Below, piece after piece: positions 12,701 to 26,100 of a DNA stretch of 64,000 nucleotides. Origin of the DNA: Octopus vulgaris (taxonomy: Eukaryota); contig OX597821.1 in the NCBI GenBank assembly GCA_951406725.2, positions 54,126,001 through 54,190,000 of the forward strand. Direction: 5' to 3'. The stretch's first letter is position 1; the number at the start of each line of letters is the position of its first letter. The notes beneath the pieces are model-generated. The model was not told the origin of the DNA. It saw only the letters and a program-made list of their open reading frames with translations, and did not search any database. Made by a program: the position numbers and the translations under genes.

Positions 12701-14734
12701 GCAATCATGAAGATGAGCCGTATAATATCATTTATCTTGGTGATTGTGAAACTATATGCTGTGGTGAAGTGTGTGATTGTTCAGGATTATAATGAAGTTC
12801 TGTGTTTGAAAGTTTCAAAATATACCATGTAATTATAATTTGAAACTAGAATGGATTTCTACTTCACTTTTAAATGCATATCTAAAGGTTTCTAATTCAT
12901 TTTTGCTTCCATTGACATCATTTTTACATTCGTTTCATTTTTTAATTTACATTCAGTTTGTTGAAAACATATACAACAAAGAAAATAGGAATCCCTACTC
13001 CAACCACGGAAAAGAAGAAAATCTTTACTGTGTAGGTTGTTGTTTTCATGGCTAGTGATGCTGTATTTCTACATCTTTTATTAATATAAATACTGAAAGC
13101 CTTAAGCTGTCTTGAATTAATTAGAAATGAAAGTGCAGCACTGAAATGCAGTACCTCTGAAGAGTGTGATTTTAACTGAAATTTTAAAATAATGTGGTTG
13201 GAGAGTTGTGATACAAATCACTCTGCGCAGAGCATGTTAAACACACCAACAGCCAAACAGGTATCAGCCATATGAGTTATAAACTGATTTCACTAACCCA
13301 GTGTATTCTCTAGTGTATTCTACAGGCTGGATCTGATTTAAAGAGATGGTGTAAATATTCATATGAGCTACATGGTTTTATCGTTGGTTGTTGTTACTAA
13401 GTACCTTGTGTGCTTTGGTGTGTGAACTAGATGTTTTTGCTACAATTCCCTGATTTTATTTTTCCTTCAGTTATATATAATTTGAGCTTCTGCTCCTGAT
13501 TTGGTATTTCTGATTTAAGAAGTTTCATTCAAATTTAAATACAGAGAAACAAGAAAAAGAAGAGATAAGAAATGAAAAGAAGGAAAAAGAAAAAGGTGGG
13601 TTAAAGCAGTATAAGAGGAGAGGGAGGGGTGATGGGCCACATACACCAGAACTAATGGTGTGCTCAGCTGTATCCCCGCTATAATGACTGGGATAGCATT
13701 GCCACTGGGAATGACCAGTAACACACACTGCAGCAGCCACTCCACCTTATGGGGCTCATTTCTCTGATGGTTCACAGTTATCCCAATTTTGCAGAGAAAA
13801 TTGGCAGCACAGGGTCTGAGAACACTTGTCATCTCAACTGTGACCAGCACAAACTGATTTTAACATGAATTTAAATTTCTCAATTGTCCTAAATTTCATT
13901 TTTTAAAATGGCTTAAAAATTTAAACTTTTACACATGCATATATGACAAAACATTATTTTATTTTGTGGCCAGTAACATGTAGTTAAGATTCATGTTACC
14001 AAAAGGCATATTCCAGGTATATATTATCATCAAAATTATTTATTGTCATCTCCATTAACAGTCTTCTAATTATCCTTCTACTACCTTGCAGTAATTAGTT
14101 ACATTCTGAGTTCAAATCCTACAGTGCTTGACTTGGTCTTATTTTTCCAAGGTCAATAAATGAAATATTAGCCAAATACTAAAGCCAGCATTATAAATTG
14201 TATCCTGCCATAAAAATTTCTGGCCAAGTAGTTTATGTAAAAGATCATTATTAATTAATTAGTGATTGGAATGCAATTTGTCAGAAAGATCTAACATAAA
14301 ATTACGATGGAAAATTTAATGTACATTTGAATCAAAGAATCAAGAATACTGATAAGTGGGCTTGTATCATAGACCCAGATGCAGTCACAGGCTGGTGTCA
14401 CAGAACTAGAGGAGATCATAAGATGACATCAGAGAATCAAGGGGAGTGGGCCTCAACTGCATTGGTTTTACAGATGGTTTAAGAGATGCATTAGTACTTT
14501 AAAACAGAAGAAGACTCAGGTGTGTCGATACCAAAATCTGTAGATATAAAAGTCTGTAGAAAGCACCTTTTAATTTTTGGTTAACTTTTATGATATTTTC
14601 ATATATTGGGTATGTACAAATTTCTTTAAACTTTGCTGGCCTCCTCGATATAATAAATGTTGGAATGAAGAGATAACAAACAGATAAAAGAACTCCTCAT
14701 CCTCTAAGCCACACCAGCATGCAATCATCATAAT

Positions 14735-15285
14735 CAACATCATCGTTTAACGTCCACTTTCCCAGTTGGCATGGGTTGGATGGCTTGAGTGAGGGCTGGC
14801 AAGTCAGAAGGCTGCACCAGGCTCCAATCTGATCTGGCAAAGTTTCTACAGCTGGATGCCCTTCCTAACACCAACCACTCCAAGAGTGTAATGGGTACTT
14901 TTGACATGCCACCAGCACAAGGGCCAGTCATGTAGTATTGGCATCGACCACATTTGAATGGTGCTTTTTATATGCCACTAGCATGAGAGCCAGTCAGGCG
15001 TTACAGGCATCGACCATGCTTGAATGGTGCTTTTTACATGCCACTAGCAAAGGTGCCAATCAGGCATTACTGTTATAGGCCATGAGGATAACTTCAGTTG
15101 CCTCAACAGGTCTTCACAAGCGCAGTTCATTGCCCAGTGATTGGAGAGTACTTTTAAATGGGTTGGTTATGTTGCACTGGTATAGGCCACGATCATGGTC
15201 TCACTTGGCTTGCTGGGTTTTCTCAAGCACAGCATATCACCAAAGGTCTTGGTAACTTGTCATTGCCTCCATGATGCCCAGCAGT
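14735..15285 (-). mobile_element. RTE-LINE 3' end (C-terminus, 3' UTR with internal ~60-bp repeats, (GAT)n tail)
   Basis: Minus strand encodes EAMTSYQDLW.YAVLEKT; UTR matches 25519 and 33263 (ggctgcaccaggctcc, ctggatgcccttcctaac). Confidence 0.8.
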
Positions 15286-15357
15286 ATTAATACATGATAA
15301 CCACAGACTAGATATTGTAAAAACTTTATAATATGTAAACAAAACAAAAATTTATAA

Positions 15358-15768
15358 ATCTCTCTTTCTCTCTTTTACTTGTTTCAGTCATTTGACTGCG
15401 GCAATGCTGGAGCACCGCCTTTAATCGAGAAAATCGATCCTGGGACTTATTCTTTGTAAGCCCAGTACTTATTCTATCGGTCTCTTTTGCCGAACCGCTA
15501 AGTGACGGGGACATAAACACACCAGCATCGGTTGTCAAGCAATGCTTGGGGGACAAACACAGACACACAAACACATACACGCATATATATATATATATAC
15601 ATATATACGACGGGCTTCTTTCAGTTTCCGTCTACCAAATCCACTCACAAGGCTTTGGTCGGCCCGAGGCTATAGTAGAAGACACTTGCCCAAGGTGCCA
15701 CGCAGTGGGACTGAACCCGGAACCATGTGGTTGGTAAACAAGCTACTTACCACACAGCCACTCCTGCA
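15358..15768 (-). mobile_element. tRNA-derived CORE-like SINE family B (octopus OR-type-like), full length
   Basis: Minus strand GCAGGAGTGGCTGTGTGGTAAG (A box), GGTTCAGTCCC (B box), GGCACCTTGGGCAAGTGTCTT (CORE-like), internal TA/TG microsatellite, 3' GACTGAAACAAGTAAAAGAG. Confidence 0.92.
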
Positions 15769-16855
15769 TTTTATGCAACTTTTTCTTATAATCCCTTAAA
15801 TTCAAATTCATTTTTGTAATCACTCCTTATATTATGAAGAAATGATTGTCCTCCTTGTAATAACTGCCACTTCTAGAGAAGCCATGTGGATTTGAAAAGT
15901 TATAGCTATTATTTCCTGAGAATCCATTTTAAATGGTTAATGATGGGGAAAACACATGTTTGTGAAGTGATGTTTATTCCACTACATACTTCATAAATTA
16001 CCAGTCAGTTATATCAGTTTGAAACACTTATCAGCACCTCAAAAAAATATATATATATTAAAAAATGACATGTAGAGATGTTTGCAGCTGAAATTAAAAT
16101 AATTGGCTGCTATCAGATCTTTTCACAAGATAGATTTCTCTTGAAAACAGCTATTATTCATATGCAAACACAATTGCTAAATTACTAAGATTCTATGAAA
16201 AAAGAAACAAATACTCCATGAATATCCTCCAGGTTGTAATTAATTACGTATTTAATAAAATGTCTAGCTTCTTAAAATGATATTTAATTAATAGGTCATA
16301 AGTTATACCTCACAGATGATTTTGATAAAAAAATGGAATAGCAATAAATATAATGACTACTGACTAGAAATTCTAAGAACTTCGTAATAAGGAAAGAAAA
16401 GAAACTTATAAGTAGTCAAATATTTTTTCTGCTTTTCTTTCATCCCTTTTACTCCTCTTCCTATTTTACCCCTTGAATGAATAGGTTTAATAGAGACCTC
16501 CTGCTTTTGAAAGAGGATGAGAGGACTTGGCAAGATTGTAAAATTGATTAGCATATTGCTCTTCAATACTCTGAGAAATCAATTCCTGTGTGCACTGCAA
16601 AAGAACATTTACACCATGCATAAAAATAAATCAAAAGCTGCTGAAATGCTAAGGAACATGACACAAGGTTGATTAAAATGATTAAAATATGAATTGGAGA
16701 AACAACTGCAAACAATGCGTTAGAAGTAATATTGCTTACTCCGTTCTTTGATATTTTTATTATATGTGTGTGTTTGTGAGTACATGTGCATGTGTGTATG
16801 TATGCATACATATATGCATGTGTATATTGCATACATGTAAACAGATACATCTCCC

Positions 16856-16900
<45 letters not shown>

Positions 16901-16915
16901 ATATGTATACATACA

Positions 16916-17196
16916 CAGTAGCGGACTAGGTCTGAAAATATTTGTTGCCAGGAGACTAAGCCCCCCCCCCCCCCTCCATCCCGCAAGGACAATGGGATCA
17001 TTTTTTTTTTGTTAAATGTATTCTTTTCAACTGTCTTCAAGTACAGCTAAGCTGAAATAATTAATGCATTCTTCCAGGAGTATATAAAAATTATCAAAGT
17101 TGAGGGGGTGGGCCCCTTATTTACTAACAAGGATTCTAATGGCACAAGGGCCCACTTGCCATTGAGCAAGCTGGCAACCTGGCCAGTCCAACACTG
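16916..17196. mobile_element. Probable hAT-type MITE
   Basis: Imperfect TIRs CAGTAGCGGACTAG / CCAGTCCAACACTG, internal GGGCCC motifs, inserted in TA/CA-rich sequence. Confidence 0.5.
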
Positions 17197-17214
17197 TATA
17201 TATATATATATATA

Positions 17215-18865
17215 TCTTTCCTTTCCTTTCCTGAGTGCCCAATAACACTACTTATTCCACATCCTCATGTTTTTTCGTGCTTGTTCATGTTTGAATTGAC
17301 TATATATATATAATAACAAAATAATAGATAAAACATATGCATATATACATACATATATGTATGTACCTACATCTATATGTATATATACATGCATATATGG
17401 GTACAGGACACCAAAAAAACGTCGAACACAATGTGAAATGAAAACATAAAAACAAAACCATGGAAATGAACATTTTTTTAAACAACAAAAAACAGAGTAC
17501 AAGACATACAACACAAGGAAAATTCCCTTTCTTCAGCTGCCTCTGCTTTATCTACTCCATGTTTCGAAGGTAAAAGCGAGACACGACTTCATTGAAACAG
17601 TCCTTCCCGCAAAGCAAATTAAATAAAATTTGGGATTTTTTGCGGAGGGGTAAAAGTGGTAACAATAACAGGACAGTAGTCAATCCATAGATTGACTATG
17701 TATATAGTTCTTTCATCACACATTTTGTGACCTCTTCAACCTTGTCCTATTTATTCCATTTTATTTTGTGGTATGTATCTCTGTTTGCGCATGCATTTAC
17801 ACCTGTATCTGTGTATGTACATGCGTCTATGAATTTGGTATGTGTCTTGGATGAGTGTATATGGGCTTGTACATTATAGTTTTTGTACCTGTGTCTTTTA
17901 TTTTACTTCACTTTTACTCACTGTCTTTAGTATGTGTGTCTTGTGTGTGCATACACGGGTTAGTATATTGCACTGTTTGTACCCATGTCTTTTATTTATT
18001 TTTCTCTCTCATTCTGTCTTTAGTCATCTGGTTGCATAGTGTGGTGGTGTAGGGTATGTTATTACTCCATTCCTGTTTTCTGTTGAGGCTCAGTTTATTT
18101 TCTGTTGTGTGCGTCGCCTCTGTAATCTGTTTGAGTGTTGTGTCTGTTCTATGTGTCAATAAGATCATAACATTTATGTTATCACCTGAGCCTCCATATC
18201 CTAATTGAACATGTTGGTGGAGCACTGATGAGCTTTTTTCTCCTTGAGCTCCTGTCAGTGTTCATTTGTTTACTCAGCAATGCTACATGCTGTCACTGAA
18301 TGTATGTTGTTCTGTTTCTGCACAGTCCGTCTGTACACCTTACACTACAGACTGCATTTCTAGTTTTACAGTTTATCTGTTGGCTTACTCTGCACACCGT
18401 AGAGTTCCTATCCATACAGAGGGTTCTTTTGAATGTATATGTTCAACAAATCAGAAATTTTATGTGTTTTCTTATTCTCTCTATTACTTTAATCCATAGA
18501 TTCATCTAATCTAAGGTTTTCCTAAAACGATATACTAGTTCATATCTAGGAATAGCATCAACGAACATAATGCTCTGGTATTTTTGGTTGTCATACCATG
18601 AGTTGACCTTAATTTCAGTTTTTTCTGAGCTATTCTAAGATTTATTCCTGTATTGTGGACAGATCCCATTAGTAACATTCTCTATGATGGTCTTGAATTT
18701 TATAATGGCTCCTTTATACACCTTAAGCCTATCTCTTTGGTTGTACCCAGAAAACGGTATGCAGTGGATGAAGTGTTGTATGCGTCTCTCTAATTCTGTT
18801 CGGTTGCACATGTGGGAGACATTTCTTATCAACTTCATCGAGTCTGCAATCAGGATACACAAGTG
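17215..18865 (-). mobile_element. Penelope-like element relic (RT C-terminal region, GIY-YIG, terminal repeat sequence)
   Basis: Minus strand QINCKTRNAVCSVRCT..LC...TYI (18300-18390, decayed GIY-YIG), then LHQHVQ; upstream FSGYNQRDRLKVYKGAIIKF. 17330-17450 is homologous to 30220-30340. Confidence 0.65.
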
Positions 18866-19759
18866 TGTGTGTGTGTGTGTGCATATATATATTTATTGGT
18901 AGAATGTTTTATAAAGTTATTTTAACATTGTTGAACAGTTCTCTCTATCAGAATATCATTATTTGGTAATTTAATTTCTCTTCTCTTGTGTTATGGTCAT
19001 TGGACATTGGCTTTTAAATTCACCACTTCTTTTAATTCTCTTAAATTTTGTTGCCATTCCGGTCATGAGTTAACTAGAAACTACAAGCATCAATGATTTT
19101 TTGTTCAGTGAATATCAGTCTGAACCATTTATTCTGAAGTAAATTCCGCTGTTAGTTATCTAAGTAGAGTCACATTTATTTACTATATAAATGTTACATC
19201 TAAATGGCTGAAATGTCTATGTTGAAATATATATCAAAAACAGAAAATTTTAACATTGAAGAAATAATGATGTATCCTGATGAAGACCTGTTTACAAAAT
19301 TCTATAACAATGGGAATTTTCAGATATAACAATGTCTTCAAGTATTATCATTTGTTGGCTGTAGTTTCAGAAAGTTGTATTGTTGTGGTTAGTAGTGTCT
19401 TCAAGTTTTACACTACCACCTGTCTCTTTTGTGTAACTCTGATGTAAGCCTTCAGACCAGGTCTTTTGTCTGGAATAACTTTCTCCTTTCCTCATTCCAA
19501 TCTCACATGTGCTGTAAAGAGTTATTGGTCTTAAACAGACTATAGATTTATCGATTTCTAATTTTATCATATACCCATAAATTTCCTAGGATAAAAGAGA
19601 ACATATATTTAATTCTATTCCACTATTTAACTGGCATTTCTTTTATTAACCCCCAGAATTAAAGATGAAGTTAACATTAGTAAGATTTTATGGCAGAATG
19701 TAAAGGTGTTTTGCTTACTGAAGATAAATTTTGAGGTTACAGGTGTTATGGGTGATCAG

Positions 19760-20215
19760 GCTCTTAGATAAAAAAAACATACCTAGAGGGAATTGTTATG
19801 TTTATGTCTGTTACAAGAGTTTTATCAGAGTAATTCAATAGAGTACTAAATAGCAATATTAATCGAGATCTTGTACATTTCTACCTTGAGTTATGATCTA
19901 ACCAGAAATGAGAATGAAGAGGTTAGCATCCAAACAACTAAGTAAGCAGGATAACAGACATGTGTCTGATTTAATCAAAGTTGAGAGTACACCACGAATT
20001 TAGAGACCCGATTAAGCATTGAAGAAATAGCTACTGAATAAGTATCAGATATAAAGCAAAGACAGAAACAATTTTTTAAAACACTTCAGAAGTTCATTCT
20101 TAGAAAATTTGTTTCCTTTATTTCTTTCTTTTTCCCTTGATGAAGGACAACTGCCTGAAACATTGACACTCCTTCCTGATTCTTCATTGCAGTGTTAGTC
20201 TAATATGAAGTTTCT
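19760..20215 (+). mobile_element. Highly decayed Penelope-like 3' end with hammerhead-like relic
   Basis: NINRD-like motif near 19855, then TTGATGA-AGG-ACAACTG-CCT-GAAA-CATTGA at ~20137-20166. Confidence 0.45.
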
Positions 20216-20609
20216 AAGATGAAAATTCTAAGCTGAAAATATGGGACAATTATTTACTGCCAAAAATAAGACAGAATGCACACGATGAGTCAGTTCTCTC
20301 AAATTTTTTATGTTAATTTATGATACTATAATAAAATATCATTTATTAACTGCTCCTTAAGCCTACTATAGTATACATTATATAACCATACTTTTCTCTT
20401 CAAAAAGTGTATTATCATGCATGCCACATCATACCTGCTATTAAGATAAAATCATATCTACATGTTTGATACAAAACCATACTTTTGACCAAAGGGCAAA
20501 CCATGTGATAATTACATTATTTTTTTTTTTCACTCAGTTTCTTTGCATAAATATTTTGAGACTAATAACATTAAAATTTTCCTGTAAATTTGAACAATAA
20601 GAACATCAA

Positions 20610-20681
20610 TACTGGTGGTGGTAGTGGTGGTTGTGGTGATGGCAGCAATGGCAGCAGCAGCAGCAGCAGCACCTCCTTCTT

Positions 20682-20755
<74 letters not shown>

Positions 20756-20763
20756 CATTATTA

Positions 20764-20803
<40 letters not shown>

Positions 20804-20900
20804 CAGTACCGCAATGTTGACACCACCACCACCACCACTATCAACATTATCATTACCCCAAGCATCAACATCACCATTGCTACCATCACCACCACCAACC
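20610..20900. repeat. Compound trinucleotide microsatellite (GGT/GCA/TTC/TTA/CCA/CAT)
   Basis: Direct; explains the homopolymeric ORFs here. Confidence 0.95.
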
Positions 20901-21170
20901 CCATCACTCAATATCATCACTGCTATCAGGGTCCTTTTCATTATCATCACATTGCTGAAAAACCAGGCATTTTTGACATATGCTTTCTTCTCCTGTGAAC
21001 TCTTCAGGAAGGCCCACTTCCTCAAATCAGAAACAAGGTTCCTTAGGAAAATTGAGCTTCCATCAATCTGAGGCTACACAAACACAAACCCATATGAATG
21101 TGTGTGTGTGTGTGTGTGTGTGTACAAGAGAGAGAGAGAGAGTACGTGTATGCATGTGTGTAATGAGTTT

Positions 21171-21259
21171 TACAGAAGCACTAATGTTTCAGATCTAAGA
21201 TTTTCTTCAGAAACTGTTTCTGAAGAAAATATTCAATTTTAAATGTTGGTGCTTCTGTA
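21171..21259. repeat. Degenerate ~89-bp palindrome
   Basis: Perfect 15-bp inner arms ATTTTCTTCAGAAAC-T-GTTTCTGAAGAAAAT (21200-21230) and perfect 11-bp outer arms TACAGAAGCAC/GTGCTTCTGTA, symmetrically spaced. Confidence 0.85.
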
Positions 21260-22496
21260 GAAGCACTTAGAAGAATTTTTACAATAATAATAATTACCCC
21301 TACTCCATGTACTGAGTCCTTTTATGTCCAATAGGTCAGCTTCCTCAGTGGATGATTATAACAAATTAAAAGTGAGTGTGTGTGTGGGGGGGGGGAATGG
21401 GAGTATGTGTGTGTGCATGTTGATTTTACTTAGAAAATTCTTTTACCAAAATTGCAGGAATTTGTTGTTTAAAAAACAATAAGTACATCCTAACCTATAA
21501 CCAAATAATTTGGTATCGACACTAGCATGCTCAAATATTACTTAATAACTGCAACTAGAGAAACCAGAAAACGAACTTCCAACCACACTAAGATTTTTCA
21601 AATGTCATATGTAAGTGCAAAATAATCCTCCTTGCAAGGTGTACAGAGAGACTGAGTGAGGGGAGGGACAGATTGACAGACTGACAGACAGAGACAGAGA
21701 ATCAAAGAGAGGATTTCAGTACATTTTAAAACTCCTCACTCACACACTTTCAACAATCAACATTGAAGCAAAGATGTACCATTGTGCCCTTGTCTAGTTA
21801 TACTTGGATACTGAAAGACAGGAATATAAGCTGCAAATTAAATTGGTGCTAAATCATATACTGGTAACCAGAAACCATATAGTTTATGCATCACAGAAAG
21901 CTTAGAAATATTCTTTATAGAAACCCCAAGCCCAAATAGATATACTAAAAGAATAGACTTCTGCCTACACAAAATATAAAATCCATAAATATTTCAAGCT
22001 ACATGAATAACCATGACATGCTACATATTTTAATCTTTGTGTGTGTGTGAGAGAGAGACAGAGAGAGAGCATGTGTGCATATGTGTGTGAGTGTGCATGC
22101 GTATGTGTGTGTGTTTGTGCATGTGTGGTATTTGTGATAGCTGGTATTTGTGATAGCTGGTATTTCTACATGCAGATGCAATGCTATTGTTTTTCAGATT
22201 TTTCTTTTCTAGAGATTTATGTACAATTTCCTTCTTATAGCCAACACTAAATTTCAGTAAGGGGTCGCCTAAGTCTGAATCAATAAATATTAGGCTTACA
22301 ATACCAAAATAATATAATTTAACATGGATTGAGAAACATGGGGAAACTTAAACCCAGGGGTGGTATTTCAAATATAACTTATGATCCAAACAACAGAAAT
22401 TTAGAATAGTTTTTAAGAATTTTGTTGAGGATTTTATGGTTTCAGTTTTTTTCTGTTTTGTGTCTTTTTATAATTATCTATTTATATTTTTTTCAG

Positions 22497-22632
22497 TAAA
22501 GGAATTACATTTCTTTCTATAAGATAAGAGTCAGTATTTCTAATTTCCTGCCGAATTCATTGAACAGGATTTACCACAAGAGAAAACGGAAAGATATTCT
22601 GTTGAAAGCATCATTAATCGTGAAACAGTTAT
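22497..22632 (+). other. Candidate exon (non-coding if spliced at these sites)
   Basis: Long T-rich tract ending TTTCAG; donor AT|GTAAGC; unique, more complex sequence; stops in all three frames. Confidence 0.25.
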
Positions 22633-23058
22633 GTAAGCACAGATTATATATTGGCGATTCATTTAAGTTTATTTCTTCACTTAGAGAAAATTATTGAACA
22701 AGAAAGGCAAGTTCAGAGTTTGCATGAGATGAGAGATAGTGATGGTAATGAGGGAGAAAGAAGAAAGAAAGAAAGAAAGAAAGAAAGAAGACAGAGATGG
22801 ATGTGAGTAAGACTGTAGGCAGAAATAAATAAGAGCAATGTGATGGGCCAGAAAATGTTTCATTTTAAGATTTACTGGAGTAATTAAAAAAAGAGAGTAG
22901 CATCTAGAATATTGTGTGTGTATGTGTGTGTACGTGGGTGGGTGTATGTGTGTGTGTGTACGTGGGTGTGTGTGTGTGCATGCAAATTTTTTTTTATGCA
23001 TTTCTCTGTGCATAGGCGTGTGTGTGTGCATGTGTGTGTGTGTGTGCGTGCGTGCGTG

Positions 23059-23100
<42 letters not shown>

Positions 23101-23496
23101 TGTAAGTAGCATCTAGACGTTTTAAATTAAACACTTCTGTCTGAGATTTTGCCAAGTACTGAATTTCTTTCCTGTAGATTAGACATTGTGTAATATTAAA
23201 TAAGTTCCTGGCAAGTGCTGTATTCCATTATTGCATGGAATTGTCACTTTAGACACATTACTACTTTCATTCTAACTATTTGAAAAAGAAAAATAACTGT
23301 GTATCACACTCAACTTAATGGTGCATGGCATCATCCCATCCAAATACAGAGAGAGTGAAAGAGAGAGAGAGAGAGAGGAGGTGGAGAGAAATTGAGCTGG
23401 GGTAGAGAGAGAGAGAGAGACTGTTCAAATACTAAATGGAAAAGTCTATCTAGGAATCTAAAAAATATTTTAATCTATACTTTTGTTCTATTACAG

Positions 23497-23566
23497 GTTT
23501 CAATGATAGACCCGAGGCCAAGTTTGGACCTTGCTTTCACTGACTTGATCGATCACATGGCATCCA
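23497..23566 (+). other. Candidate exon, possible start MIDPRPSLDLAFTDLIDHMAS
   Basis: Acceptor TTTTGTTCTATTACAG, ATG at 23503; donor GTATAC is weak; no recognised homology. Confidence 0.22.
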
Positions 23567-24029
23567 GTATACATTTTTATTTGATTTTTGTTTTATCAGT
23601 CTCTAGTTATTGAGCTGCTAAGTAACGAGCTGTAAACAGTCTCTGTATAATGTCAGTACTGTTTTTAAACAGTGTACAAAAAACAACACATGAATGCATA
23701 TGGAGATGCACAAACACATATATTTACACACTTACATACACATACACAACACACAGATTCACTAAATCCTGAGTTTACCTCTTCAGAGGAACATGGTGAA
23801 ACCATTTAGCATAAAGTACTCACTTGGAGTATTTTCTCTTACTTGTTTCAGTCATTTGAATGCAGACATGCTGGAGTACCAGCTTGGATAGATATGTTTT
23901 ATTAAGACTATATTACACTTTTGATGAAACTAATATATACACAACTCTGGCATAAGGTGGTGCTCCAGCATAACCACTTTCAAAAGACTGAAAGACATGC
24001 GTATGTGAGTGTGTGTGTGTGTGTGTGTA

Positions 24030-24230
24030 ATGGAGGCTTCAAAAGACATCTTAAGATCCACAAAGAGCGGAACTTAACTGCAACTCTTGGTCCAAATCAG
24101 ATATGCAATTTATGTGGGTGTCTTTTCGAAATATTGTCTGGTTTAAAAAGCCACATCAGATACCATGATGGTTCTAAGGTGTAGGTACAGGAGGCGGTCA
24201 AACTCTGCATAAGGAGTAGACAACCACCAT
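24030..24230 (+). mobile_element. Probable LINE (RTE/BovB-like) extreme 3' end with C2H2 zinc fingers
   Basis: GGFKRHLKIH...CNLCGCLFEILSGLKSHIRYH then stop and a short UTR; lies between (GT)n and (TA)n; no splice acceptor and no TGEKP linker. Confidence 0.5.
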
Positions 24231-24296
24231 ATAAATATATACATACACACACACATATATATATATGTAAATATATACATATATATAAATATATAC

Positions 24297-24327
<31 letters not shown>

Positions 24328-24347
24328 TGTATATATAAATATGTATG

Positions 24348-24409
<62 letters not shown>

Positions 24410-24438
24410 AAGATAGAGAAAGAGAATTAAATAGGTAA

Positions 24439-24518
<80 letters not shown>

Positions 24519-25516
24519 CAAGAGAGGGATATTATTATCATAATTTTCCTAAAATACAATTTTTATCATCAATTAAAAATACTTTTCAGAAAAATGCTTT
24601 CTTCATTGGGGCAATTTAAATATCAGAAGCAAATAGTATTTTGGTGAGAAGTTAAGAAGAAATTCTTTATATGCTGTAATTAGCCCTGAATTATTTAGAG
24701 TTCATTAGAATTGGGATCCCTAGGCTATACTACAAGATATTTGCCCAATGTGCTATGCAGTGAGTTTGAACTCTGAACCATAAAGCCGCAAAGCAAGCTA
24801 CTAACCCAAATTGCTGTGCTTCCAACTAGAAATCTTTTCATCATATTTTTGACATTTATAAGAGAATACTGACCAAAACACAGAGTGTCAGCTATGATCA
24901 GGAAAATAGTTTCAAAAACTACCAACTATAGATAGATTTATGTATGTAGATCAGTTCTTATGCCACGAGGATTTAGAGGAATCTGACATTTCAAGTCTGA
25001 ATCTATGTTTGAGAAAAATATAGGTTTCAAATATTTGTCGATAGGATCCCTCACCGATTTCCTTGGTGTTTGATTTTGTTACTGATAGAAGATATCTGGT
25101 AGATAGATCAATTGCTTTCTTTTTTATTGATTTTGGTTTGGTGGACGATGGCAATAAAGAAATAGCTTACTACATCATCCTAAAATATTCATTATGTAAC
25201 ACAAGCATTCTAATTTGCACAGAAATTTACTCAATGTAATAAAGATATATTGTCATAAAAGAATTAATATACTGGACACTTTTATGACCTCTAACTGTAA
25301 CACCAATGGATTTGGCTCTAATTTAGTCTTTACCCATCAATATCTAATTGATGCAGATGCTATACTTGATACTCGTCTTTTAAATATGAATCCTTTATTC
25401 TTTATCACTCATCATCTACCACTACACTGAAGCATGTCACAGCTAGTTGTTTCATTCTACTTTACACAATAAACTATTTGAATGTATTTTGTCAACAACC
25501 ATTCAATCAAGTCTTA

Positions 25517-25518
<2 letters not shown>

Positions 25519-25575
<57 letters not shown>

Positions 25576-26100
25576 TTAATGTCTGTTCTCCATGCTGGCA
25601 TGAGTTGGACAGTTTTACCAGGGCTGGCAAGCTGGAAGGCTGCACCAGACTCTAGTATGATTTGGTGTGGCTTCTACGACTGGATGCCCTTCCTAACACC
25701 AACCACTCCAACAGTGTAATGGGTGCTTTTACAAGCCTCTGGCAGGGGTGCCATTTGCACAGCACCAGTATCTGCCATGACTCTGATTTTGCTTGGTTTG
25801 AAGGGTCTTCTTTTTAAGCATGACATAATGCCAAAGGTCTTGGTCATTGCTTCTGTGAAGCCCAACACTCAAAAGAAGCTCAGCCACTTTACCTCCATTG
25901 AGGCCCAACCCTTGGAAGATACTTTTTATGTGCCACCAGCACAGGTACCAGTTATGTAACACCGGCATCAGCGACGACTATGATATCATTTCGCTTGATG
26001 GGTCTTCTTAAGCACAGCATATCGCCAAAGGTCTCAGTCACTAGTCATTGCCTCTGTGAGACCCAAAGTTTGAAGATCATGTTTCACCACCTTGTCTTAT
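25519..26100 (-). mobile_element. RTE-LINE 3' end with (GAT)n tail
   Basis: Minus strand DKVVKHDLQTLGLTEAMTSD.DLWRYAVLKKTHQAK*; this segment occurs twice (~25800-25865 and ~26000-26065); (CAT)n at 25519-25575. Confidence 0.82.

Noticed and set aside
15690-15768. tRNA gene
   Set aside because: A/B boxes belong to multi-copy SINE heads; no complete cloverleaf is apparent.
20606-21080. Minus-strand open frame PQIDGSSIFLRNLVSDLRKWAFLK...
   Set aside because: The acceptor is only a (TG)n tract, there is no clear donor, the frame runs into microsatellite, and no homology is recognised.
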